Assembly (NCBI GenBank): GCA_030634235.1 | Contig: DAOWBD010000001.1 | Location: forward strand, 1 to 29,844 | Origin: Candidatus Omnitrophota bacterium | Lineage (GTDB): Bacteria > Omnitrophota > Gorgyraeia > Zapsychrales > Zapsychraceae | Direction: 5' to 3' | Length of the DNA: 29,844 bases | Part shown: positions 1 through 7,399 of the stretch, piece after piece | Layout: each line of letters opens with the position of its first letter | Position numbering within the stretch: the first letter of the stretch is position 1 | The notes under the pieces: generated by a model | What the model saw: the letters and a program-made list of their open reading frames with translations, nothing else | The model's database searches: none | Told to the model about the DNA's origin: nothing | Translations under genes and position numbers: made by a program

Positions 1-52
1 CCACAACAATATCATAAGCATTTGTTTTTAAGGGAACAGGTATGACTCTCAT
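1..52 (-). CDS. aroB: 5' fragment of probable 3-dehydroquinate synthase (runs off window)
   Basis: ATG at 52-50 overlaps the S2P stop (ATGA). It reads MRVIPVPLKTNAYDIVVG, resembling the AroB N-terminus pattern (MxxIxVxLxxxxYxIxxG). Only 17 codons are visible. Confidence 0.55.
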   Translation of the reverse strand, partial: MRVIPVPLKTNAYDIVV

Positions 53-678
53 GACAATTGGACTCCTAATAGTTGACCTAAAAAACTAATAACGGGAACG
101 ATAATGTTCTCAAACAAACCAAAATATAATAACAGAATAACGATCAAGAGGCCGAAACGCTCCACCCGGCTATACATCACAAAATACCGGTCCGGCAAAA
201 GACCCATAACCACCCGCGACCCGTCAAGCGGCGGAATCGGTATCATATTGAAGACCGCCAATAACAAGTTTATAAATACAGCAAACTCAAGGGTGTCATG
301 ATGCCGAGTCCCGGGATATATCTTCAAAAATAAACTGACGATGAGAGCTAAGCCGATATTCATCGCCGGACCCGCCAGGCCGACCCATATCATATCCTTC
401 TTGGGATTGCGGAGCCTCGAGAAATCCACGGGAACGGGCTTGGCCCATCCGAAAATAAAAGTGTTGTAACCGAGAAAGCGCAGCGTCAGAAGAATAATCG
501 GCAATAACACCGTCCCGAAAGGGTCGATATGTTTCAACGGGTTGAGCGTCAACCGTCCGGCGCGCTTAGCTGTTGGGTCCCCTAATTGATACGCGCTCCA
601 ACCATGGGCATACTCATGTAACACTATGGCGGAGAATAAAACAACAACAACGGAAAGAATGTCGGTTATCATTATCAC
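49..678 (-). CDS. Site-2 protease family (M50) intramembrane zinc metalloprotease
   Basis: HEYAH (HExxH), NPLKHIDPFG, AGP and NMIPIPPLDG (NxxPxxPLDG) motifs plus several hydrophobic segments. Start is GTG 678 or ATG 672. Confidence 0.93.
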   Translation of the reverse strand: MIMITDILSVVVVLFSAIVLHEYAHGWSAYQLGDPTAKRAGRLTLNPLKHIDPFGTVLLPIILLTLRFLGYNTFIFGWAKPVPVDFSRLRNPKKDMIWVGLAGPAMNIGLALIVSLFLKIYPGTRHHDTLEFAVFINLLLAVFNMIPIPPLDGSRVVMGLLPDRYFVMYSRVERFGLLIVILLLYFGLFENIIVPVISFLGQLLGVQLS

Positions 679-704
679 GTAAAAACCTGTTACCCAGGCG
701 CTAT

Positions 705-1628
705 CTATAGCATTAATCTGACTTTTGAAACAATAAGAACTGGATAGGCATATTTGGACTGAAGCTTTTTATTGACGGCTCCCTCTACGGATACCTTGTG
801 ATGCATGAATCTGCCTAACATATGGTTCACACCCTGGACATAGCAGACCGGACGACCGTTGACAACGATCTTGTATTGAATCCCGTCATCATCCTTATCC
901 TCATAGTCCTCGACATAACCAACAGCAGAAAATTTTTCTGTGGCCTGTTCTTTAACAGCTTGTTTTTTGGCTGCTCGTTTTTTAACTGTTCGTTTTTTGA
1001 CAACTTGTTCTTCGACGACTTGTTCTTCAACGACTGGCGCCTCGGCAAATTCTTCTTCCTCTGCCTCAACAGGTACCAGTTCAAATAGTTCCTCCTCAAC
1101 AGAAGGCCGCGCATAAGCCTTCGCCCGGTACTCCCTAACATCATTCGATTTGAAACTTAAGAATTTCTCGCCAACCCATCCATAACTCTCAGCGACCGGC
1201 TTAATGCGGTACCATTCGTCGAGTTCCTCCTCGATAAAGATCTGCTCACCTTTGGCCAACTGCCCCAGGACCGTAAAATGAATACCCGCGCCAGCCCGAA
1301 TATTGACCTTCTCCGCGATGACTCCGCCAGCATTCTGGCCGAGATACTGCACATATTCCTTGCTAACAAAACTTCTGGCGGCAGACGGCAATTGGATCTT
1401 GTACCAACTATATCCTTTTTCCAAGACGACAACCTCGTCACCCTTGCTTAACTGACATAATCGTTCGAAATTGGAACTCTGTCCGGAACGGACATTGACT
1501 TGATCGCCAGTAGCTTCAGCGAGATAAGGAAAGAATTTCTGCTGCGCATAGACGCTATCGGTATAACCAAAGCCCATTTGCAGGCTTAAGCATAAAATAA
1601 GGGTGCGAAAAATGATACGTAAATTCAT
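705..1628 (-). CDS. Secreted protein with two bacterial SH3 (SH3b-like) domains, charged repeat linker and C-terminal beta-rich domain
   Basis: Signal-peptide-like N-terminus. Two units of VN(V/I)R(S/A)G...L(S/A)KG(D/E)...WY(K/R)I, typical of SH3_3/SH3b. Confidence 0.85.
   Translation of the reverse strand: MNLRIIFRTLILCLSLQMGFGYTDSVYAQQKFFPYLAEATGDQVNVRSGQSSNFERLCQLSKGDEVVVLEKGYSWYKIQLPSAARSFVSKEYVQYLGQNAGGVIAEKVNIRAGAGIHFTVLGQLAKGEQIFIEEELDEWYRIKPVAESYGWVGEKFLSFKSNDVREYRAKAYARPSVEEELFELVPVEAEEEEFAEAPVVEEQVVEEQVVKKRTVKKRAAKKQAVKEQATEKFSAVGYVEDYEDKDDDGIQYKIVVNGRPVCYVQGVNHMLGRFMHHKVSVEGAVNKKLQSKYAYPVLIVSKVRLML
936..1040. repeat. Degenerate 15-bp tandem repeat, about 7 units, in frame inside the SH3 gene
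   Basis: Units: ttctgtggcctgttc / tttaacagcttgttt / tttggctgctcgttt / tttaactgttcgttt / tttgacaacttgttc / ttcgacgacttgttc / ttcaacgactggcgc. They encode APVVE-EQVVE-EQVVK-KRTVK-KRAAK-KQAVK-EQATE. Confidence 0.8.
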
Positions 1629-1678
1629 ATTTCCGGGAAAAATAACAGATGAAATTTAATGCGAAATGGATAAAAGAA

Positions 1679-1915
1679 TTATTTCTTCTCAGCTACAGCT
1701 GATGCCGCACCTTCGCCTTCTGTTCCTTCTTCTTCCTTTTTCTCTTTCTTCGCAGCTTTGACCTTTATGATCTTGGTCTTCGGCAAACCGGTAACCGCAT
1801 GCTCATCATGCCAAAGATCCTTCTTCATCAGATCTTTAATGCGCTCAATGCGGGTTAATACTGTTCTCTGCTGAGCTCCGGCGGTATCTACTTTTAACGA
1901 TGGGTGTAATGACAT
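1679..1915 (-). CDS. Small basic protein, PVC superphylum signature protein type
   Basis: MSLHPSLK...RTVLTRIERIKDL...W...VTGLPKTK matches the pattern I recall for the Planctomycetes/Verrucomicrobia/Chlamydiae small basic protein (MSxHxS...RxVLxRxERI...W......GLPK). Confidence 0.85.
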   Translation of the reverse strand: MSLHPSLKVDTAGAQQRTVLTRIERIKDLMKKDLWHDEHAVTGLPKTKIIKVKAAKKEKKEEEGTEGEGAASAVAEKK

Positions 1916-1916
1916 C

Positions 1917-2531
1917 TTACAATCTCCTTACTAAACAATCATTATAGCGTTTTTTCAATTTACTGGAAAATTTCTTAGCCTCATTCCTTCGTACGAATTT
2001 TCCGACACACACAATGGAATAGCTGCCTTTAGGAACAACAAATGTATCGTCATGGCCTATGCCTTTGAGGCGGTCGGCTTCCTTTTTAGCATTCTTTTCT
2101 AATTTGAACGACGCGACCTGGATCGTAAATAGATTTTCCTGCTCTTCGGTCTTCTCAAGCGGAGGCCTAAAGGCCGGCTCGGTCTCCTCACGTATTTCTT
2201 CAGGAAGGGAAACCGGAAAGACAACCCGCTCCTCCCTTTCTACCTGAGGAACCGTTTGAACCGTCTCTCTGACAACATCCTCTTTGACCGTCTGGACAAT
2301 ACCGCCTTCATCCTCCGCAGGAACCAACAAAGCGATCTTTTTCCCCCTTTCAACTCCGAAAGAGAAGAAAAGAACCAGGACCATAACAAAAATAATACAT
2401 AGCACGATAATGTTTTCAAGCGAAAGTGTCAAGTCTTTTGTTAAGCGGGACGGCCTCCAGGGTTCCGGGCCATTTTTCGAAGGCTTTGGGAAAAGTTCAA
2501 ACTGAGACTGACGCTTAAGATTAATATTCAT
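1917..2531 (-). CDS. Bitopic membrane protein with C-terminal SPOR (peptidoglycan-binding) domain, FtsN/DedD-like architecture
   Basis: Short cytoplasmic N-terminus, one TM (IIVLCIIFVMVLVLFFSFGV), acidic linker, then FTIQVASFKLEKNA...YSIVCVGKF...EA, a SPOR pattern. Confidence 0.88.
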   Translation of the reverse strand: MNINLKRQSQFELFPKPSKNGPEPWRPSRLTKDLTLSLENIIVLCIIFVMVLVLFFSFGVERGKKIALLVPAEDEGGIVQTVKEDVVRETVQTVPQVEREERVVFPVSLPEEIREETEPAFRPPLEKTEEQENLFTIQVASFKLEKNAKKEADRLKGIGHDDTFVVPKGSYSIVCVGKFVRRNEAKKFSSKLKKRYNDCLVRRL

Positions 2532-2538
2532 ATTAGTT

Positions 2539-2568
2539 ATTATAGAAGGATTACTCGGCTAAACTCAA
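2539..2568 (-). promoter_or_regulatory. Putative sigma70 promoter for the SPOR gene
   Basis: TTGAGT (2568-2563), 18-nt spacer, perfect TATAAT (2544-2539), then 7 nt to the ATG at 2531. Confidence 0.6.
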
Positions 2569-3582
2569 GTATTTTCTGAACTTTTTTTGCTTGGCGAGCC
2601 CGATAAAGGCATTAACGATTTTCGGGTCAAATTGCGTACCACTATTGCGCTTCAATTCTTCGAGGGCCTCTTTGGTGGACAACCGGTTCTTATACGGGCG
2701 CTCAATGGTCATCGCCTCAAAGGCATCGACAACAGAAAGGATACGGGCCCCAATAGGGATCTGCTCTTTTTTGAGCCCGGAAGGATATCCCGACCCATCG
2801 TAGTTTTCATGATGGTAGAGAATGATTGGCAAAACAGGCCTTAGGAATTCAACCGGACGGATGAGCTCGGCGCTCTTCGCCGGTTGGTTGCGGATGATCT
2901 TAAATTCATCAGGAGTTAGGTGGCTCGTCTTTGCCAGAATATCATACGGCACATCGATCGCCCCGGCGCCGCGCAAAACACTGGCATAATACAAATTGTC
3001 AATGGCCTCATTATCAACCCCAAGCTTTTTCCCGAGACTTTCAATGATCTTAAAGAAGACAGGTGTGTGCGTCGTGGCGGAGGCATGCCCGTGCCTCTCC
3101 AGCAACTTTCCGATAAATTCGATACTCCCTAAAATAACTTTTTGCTGGGCCTCGTAGAGCTGAAGGTTCCGGATCGCCGTAACAGACTGCTCGGCGACGA
3201 CCGCAAGAATCTCCTTGTCAGCGTCGGTAAACGGCGGCTCTTTTTTTGTCCGACGGATAAAAACGGCCCCGACATTCTCATCGGCAATAAGCGGCAATCC
3301 GACCAAATGGTTCTCAAAGATCGCGTGGCCCCTCGTCACCTTCCTCTCTTCCCTACTCCCGTGCTGCGCGATCTCTTTCTTCTTCTCAAGAAGGATATTG
3401 ATCTTATTATCAAAGATCGCGATCAGAACAACCTTTTTCGTCTGCGGATCGACAATATAGATCGTCGACGAGCTCGCGCAGATGAACTGGCACAATAAGC
3501 GCGTCAGGCGCAAAGACAGTTCTTTGACGTTATAGGTCGAGTTCACCAGCCGGTACACCATGTGCACGGCCGAGAGAACCAT
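2551..3582 (-). CDS. GAF plus HD-GYP domain protein with degenerate HD motif
   Basis: GAF-like N-terminus. HHENYDGSGYP, RILSVVDAFEAM and RPYK are retained, but canonical LHDIGK reads LRGAGA. Start placed at ATG 3582, 1 nt after the dgt stop (ORF track uses 3633). Confidence 0.85.
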   Translation of the reverse strand: MVLSAVHMVYRLVNSTYNVKELSLRLTRLLCQFICASSSTIYIVDPQTKKVVLIAIFDNKINILLEKKKEIAQHGSREERKVTRGHAIFENHLVGLPLIADENVGAVFIRRTKKEPPFTDADKEILAVVAEQSVTAIRNLQLYEAQQKVILGSIEFIGKLLERHGHASATTHTPVFFKIIESLGKKLGVDNEAIDNLYYASVLRGAGAIDVPYDILAKTSHLTPDEFKIIRNQPAKSAELIRPVEFLRPVLPIILYHHENYDGSGYPSGLKKEQIPIGARILSVVDAFEAMTIERPYKNRLSTKEALEELKRNSGTQFDPKIVNAFIGLAKQKKFRKYLSLAE

Positions 3583-3583
3583 C

Positions 3584-4774
3584 TTATACTTTTTCGTCGG
3601 GGTCAAATAATCTTTTGTGTTCATCGATAGCAAACCTGTCCGTCATGGAAGCAATATGGTTACAAATAATTTTATATTTCTGGTTCTTCGTGTATTTCCT
3701 ACCCCGGCGGAAGATCTTCTCCGGCAACTGTTCCGGCGTTTTCATATACACTTTGAACAAATCTTTAATAATCCTCTTCGCCTTGTCCGTCATGCGAATA
3801 ACGCGGTAATGCTGATAAAGCTTCTCCTCGAGAATCTTTTGGAGAACTTTGCGCTCCTTATTCATCGATGGGCTGAATCCGATCACGGTCCGGCTAGGGT
3901 TCTTATATGTATATTGCCTGACCTCTTCTGAAGATTTAAAATTGAGTTCCTCAAGCTTTTGTTTTGAAAAGGACAGCAGATCTTTCATCTGCATGTCGAT
4001 CAGGGCCTTAACGATCTGATATTTGAAAATCTCTTTATCATTAGCTTCGAGCTGAGGATCGACCCTTTGGCCTGCCTTTTTCCAAAGCCGGCTCGCCTTC
4101 AGGTCATCGCCTGTAATACATCGGGAGGTGATCCCATCATCGATATCATGCGATAAATACGCGAGGGAATCGGCGATGTCAACCACCTTCGCTTCGAGCG
4201 TTGGACCCTCGTCGACAAACTTATTATAATGGCTATCCCCCGGCTTGTCGTAACCGGTGGAATGTTTGAGGATCCCGACTAAGACCTCTTTGGTCAGGTT
4301 AAGCCCGTCGAAATTCGGATAACGCTTCTCAAGGCCCGCGACAATGTCGAAGCTGCGTTGATTATGGTTGAACTTCAGCTTCGGTTTCGCCGAGGCCATA
4401 ATATGGTTCAAAGCCTTCTCGCCGGCATGGCCAAACGGCGGGTGCCCAAGGTCATGCGCTAGCGCAATCGCCTCGATGAGATCTTCATTGAGCTGCAAAT
4501 TGCGGCCGATCGTTCTGGCGATCTGCGCGACTTCGATGGTGTGCGTCAGGCGCGTTCGATAATAATCGCCCTCATAGATGACAAAAACCTGCGTTTTATA
4601 TTCAAGCTTGCGGAAGGCCTCAGAGTGGATAACACGGTCACGGTCGCGCTGATAGCATGTCCGGATCTCATGTTTGTCCTCCGGGTACTTTCTCCCACCG
4701 GAATCCTTGCTCCTCATCGCATAAGAAACCATCATCTTATCTTCCATCTTTTCAATATCTTGACGTGTTCGCAT
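3584..4774 (-). CDS. dgt: Deoxyguanosinetriphosphate triphosphohydrolase-like HD protein
   Basis: RDRDRVIHSEAFRKLEYKTQV, RTRLTHTIEV, AHDLGHPPFGHAGE and DIADSLAYLSHDIDDG motifs. Confidence 0.93.
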   Translation of the reverse strand: MRTRQDIEKMEDKMMVSYAMRSKDSGGRKYPEDKHEIRTCYQRDRDRVIHSEAFRKLEYKTQVFVIYEGDYYRTRLTHTIEVAQIARTIGRNLQLNEDLIEAIALAHDLGHPPFGHAGEKALNHIMASAKPKLKFNHNQRSFDIVAGLEKRYPNFDGLNLTKEVLVGILKHSTGYDKPGDSHYNKFVDEGPTLEAKVVDIADSLAYLSHDIDDGITSRCITGDDLKASRLWKKAGQRVDPQLEANDKEIFKYQIVKALIDMQMKDLLSFSKQKLEELNFKSSEEVRQYTYKNPSRTVIGFSPSMNKERKVLQKILEEKLYQHYRVIRMTDKAKRIIKDLFKVYMKTPEQLPEKIFRRGRKYTKNQKYKIICNHIASMTDRFAIDEHKRLFDPDEKV

Positions 4775-4783
4775 GGTCTGTAA

Positions 4784-5278
4784 TTACTTCTTGCGGGCCT
4801 TCTTCGTTTTTGTCAGATTCTCGTATAAAGCCTGCAGGGATTGGGAGATCACTTTCGTCTGGCCCGTCACAGGCATAAAATTGACATCCCCTTCCCAACG
4901 GGGAACTAGGTGGATATGCACATGTTTCGGAAATCCCGCCCCGGCGGCTCTTCCGAGATTAATACCAATGTTATATCCGTCGGCATTCATCTTTTTTTCT
5001 AATAATTTCTTTGTCGCCTCAAGCAAGTCCATCAGGTCGCCCCGCTCTTCTTTCCTTAAATCGCCTAAGTCCGAAACATGGCGATTCGGTATGATCAACA
5101 TATGCCCGTTGTTATACGGATAAATATTCAAAACGGCATAGGCATATTTGGTCCGTGTGACGATAAAGTTCTTCTTATCTTTTTTTTCCTTGACGATGTT
5201 GCAAAAAACACAGCCTTTTGCTTTCTTGCCAATCTTTGTCACATAATTAATCCGCCAAGGGGCCCATAATTTATCCAT
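4784..5278 (-). CDS. HIT-family nucleotide hydrolase/phosphorylase (Ap4A phosphorylase-like)
   Basis: LWAPWR start, CxFC, NIYPYNNGH and HVHIHLVPRW histidine triad. GAGGA SD precedes ATG 5278. Confidence 0.9.
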   Translation of the reverse strand: MDKLWAPWRINYVTKIGKKAKGCVFCNIVKEKKDKKNFIVTRTKYAYAVLNIYPYNNGHMLIIPNRHVSDLGDLRKEERGDLMDLLEATKKLLEKKMNADGYNIGINLGRAAGAGFPKHVHIHLVPRWEGDVNFMPVTGQTKVISQSLQALYENLTKTKKARKK

Positions 5279-5279
5279 A

Positions 5280-5765
5280 TCAACAATCCTCAATTTTTAT
5301 AATTTTACCGGAAGCCTTGCCGTTTTTGATCTTAAGAATCCCATAGGAACAATACGGCGACCGTACAATATCCGTGGGACTCCCCGGGTTGAAATACAAT
5401 ACATTATCAACAACTTCATTGAACGGTTGATGAGAATGCCCAAAGATCACAACATCGACCTTATCTTTTTTGAATTCTTTTTTGACAAAGTTTAAGACCC
5501 TCTCCGGAGAACCCTGCCCGTGGTACAACCCGATCCTCATCCCCTCTGCCTCGAAGACATCGCGCTCGGGAAGAACATGGCGAAGCTCTAACCCGTCCAT
5601 GTTCCCGAAAACAGCGCGAACCTTATTGATCGTTTTGAATGCCTTGAGGTCCTCGCCGGAACAAAAGTCCCCGACGTGGACGATCAGATCAACATCCTTA
5701 AAGTCATCAATCATCTGTTGCGGAAGATTGTGCGAATGAGTATCGGAAACAACACCTATGTTCAT
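5280..5765 (-). CDS. YfcE/MJ0936-type calcineurin-like metallophosphoesterase
   Basis: SDTH, GDF, GNMD, HG, GHSH and NPGS motifs in the expected order. Confidence 0.92.
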   Translation of the reverse strand: MNIGVVSDTHSHNLPQQMIDDFKDVDLIVHVGDFCSGEDLKAFKTINKVRAVFGNMDGLELRHVLPERDVFEAEGMRIGLYHGQGSPERVLNFVKKEFKKDKVDVVIFGHSHQPFNEVVDNVLYFNPGSPTDIVRSPYCSYGILKIKNGKASGKIIKIEDC

Positions 5766-7399
5766 CGTACAATGTATGGTTTGTCAAAAAGAGATAATAA
5801 AGTATTGAGTTCCTGTTCGTTCCAGATCCAGAACCTCTCCTGTAAAGCCTTCAGCCGCGTGTTCTCGTCAAGATCCGTCAATGAAATAATCATGTATCGT
5901 TCGGGTCTCGGTTCAATGCGCTTGGCTTCTTGCAAGATCATGTTGACATCATTTTCCTCGACATGCTCCCTCTTTGAGACAACGAACCAAACCGTATCTT
6001 CAGTTGAAGCCTTGATCACATCGACATAATTCCCTCCCTCGTTCCTGAACCGGCAGGGCGTGATCTCGCGGAACACCGGCAACTTATATTTGCGTCCGTT
6101 CAAGTGAAGCGCTTCATTGTCAAAACAGTAGAACAGGTCAATGATCCTGGAAGAAAAGTCCTGTCGGGTCGCCACGTTAAAGTCCTCGACCCCGGCGTTA
6201 AATTCTCCCTTGAATTGCTGGCGCTGTTTATCCGGGGCTAATTCCACGTCACACAACCGCCGCTGATAAACATATTTTGCCCAGTACTTGAAAAGTTTAT
6301 CTTTAAAGTAATGGAAGTTCCCGTTCTTGACAACAACGCCGAGCTCGATCAGGCGCGTCATCTTCTGCATGATCTTGTTTTTCCGGATTCCCGTATCCTG
6401 GATCATGTCATCGATCTTATATTTTCCTTTGGACAGAGATATGAGGATCAGCGCGATCGTGCGATTACCCTTGCCGCTACAGAGCTCGTTGACGACCAAT
6501 TCAAAATGCCGGCTGATCACGCCCCACCGATCGAAGATCGTATTCTCGACGGCCTGGGACAATAACGGCAGATAGATCTCGTTTTGTTTATAAATGGCCG
6601 TTAAGCTGATCAGCTCCCTGCAAATAAGTTTCAAGTACAAAGGATGTCCGCCAGTGAAATCCGTCATGAAGTTGCGCAACTCGTTGCCGATCTTAATATC
6701 CTTTAAATTATTTTCTACAAACTTTTGGCTGGTCTCTGCGTCGAAAATATCGACATCAATGGTCTCAAAGTTACCGAACAACAGGGATAATTTCTCGGAG
6801 AGAATCTTCTTGGCCACTCCTTTAAAAGAACTCGACACGATATAGAAGCATCTCTTCTGGGTCATGATCTTCTTGCCCAGATTCGCAAAGGCGTGGGGTA
6901 TACCGAATTCTTCCAGATTCTGGAATTCATCTAAGATCAGAATACAGAACTTCCCGGTCTCGTTGGTAAAGATCTCGGGCAATGTCAGCAATCCCAGAAA
7001 TGCCGCAGGCAGCTTTCCATTATTGAACTCTTTCTGGATCTTTCGAATGACCTGGACGGTCTGAGGAATGGATTCCTTTGTGCTTTCTAACAACAGATTG
7101 AGGTCGTCATACAGGGGGAGTTGATGGTTTCTTGAAAAATTGTAGAGAAGGCTTCCCGTAAATTTGCTGAAGAAATAATCGAAGTCTTTATTCTCCAGGT
7201 CAAGATAGATCGCTGTAACATCCGTATCATCCAGATTCAAGAGAAAATCATGCAGAATAGCGCTTTTGCCGACATATTGATTCCCCAACAGGGCAACATT
7301 CTGCCGGCACCCCTCTTTCAGATCAACGACGCGTTTCTTAAGCAGACCCAAAACATCTGTCCGGCCAAAGAAGCTCTTTTCCAAATGTGTATCATTCAT
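5762..7399 (-). CDS. Archaeal-ATPase-like (STAND-class) P-loop NTPase with winged-helix and C-terminal restriction-endonuclease-like region
   Basis: FFGR before Walker A GNQYVGKS, Walker B ILILDEFQ, IVSSS sensor, TGGHPLYL (GxP) motif, a wHTH-like segment, and a C-terminal YVDVI...VVSK...IWNEQELNTLL region. Confidence 0.75.
   Translation of the reverse strand: MNDTHLEKSFFGRTDVLGLLKKRVVDLKEGCRQNVALLGNQYVGKSAILHDFLLNLDDTDVTAIYLDLENKDFDYFFSKFTGSLLYNFSRNHQLPLYDDLNLLLESTKESIPQTVQVIRKIQKEFNNGKLPAAFLGLLTLPEIFTNETGKFCILILDEFQNLEEFGIPHAFANLGKKIMTQKRCFYIVSSSFKGVAKKILSEKLSLLFGNFETIDVDIFDAETSQKFVENNLKDIKIGNELRNFMTDFTGGHPLYLKLICRELISLTAIYKQNEIYLPLLSQAVENTIFDRWGVISRHFELVVNELCSGKGNRTIALILISLSKGKYKIDDMIQDTGIRKNKIMQKMTRLIELGVVVKNGNFHYFKDKLFKYWAKYVYQRRLCDVELAPDKQRQQFKGEFNAGVEDFNVATRQDFSSRIIDLFYCFDNEALHLNGRKYKLPVFREITPCRFRNEGGNYVDVIKASTEDTVWFVVSKREHVEENDVNMILQEAKRIEPRPERYMIISLTDLDENTRLKALQERFWIWNEQELNTLLSLFDKPYIVR

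Noticed and set aside
936-1040. Possible CRISPR-like or VNTR non-coding array
   Set aside because: Units are contiguous with no spacers, degenerate, and in frame within a protein linker.
3584-4774. dgt as a stand-alone antiphage dGTPase
   Set aside because: Embedded in a core operon with no mobile or defence-island context, so a housekeeping Dgt-like role is more parsimonious.
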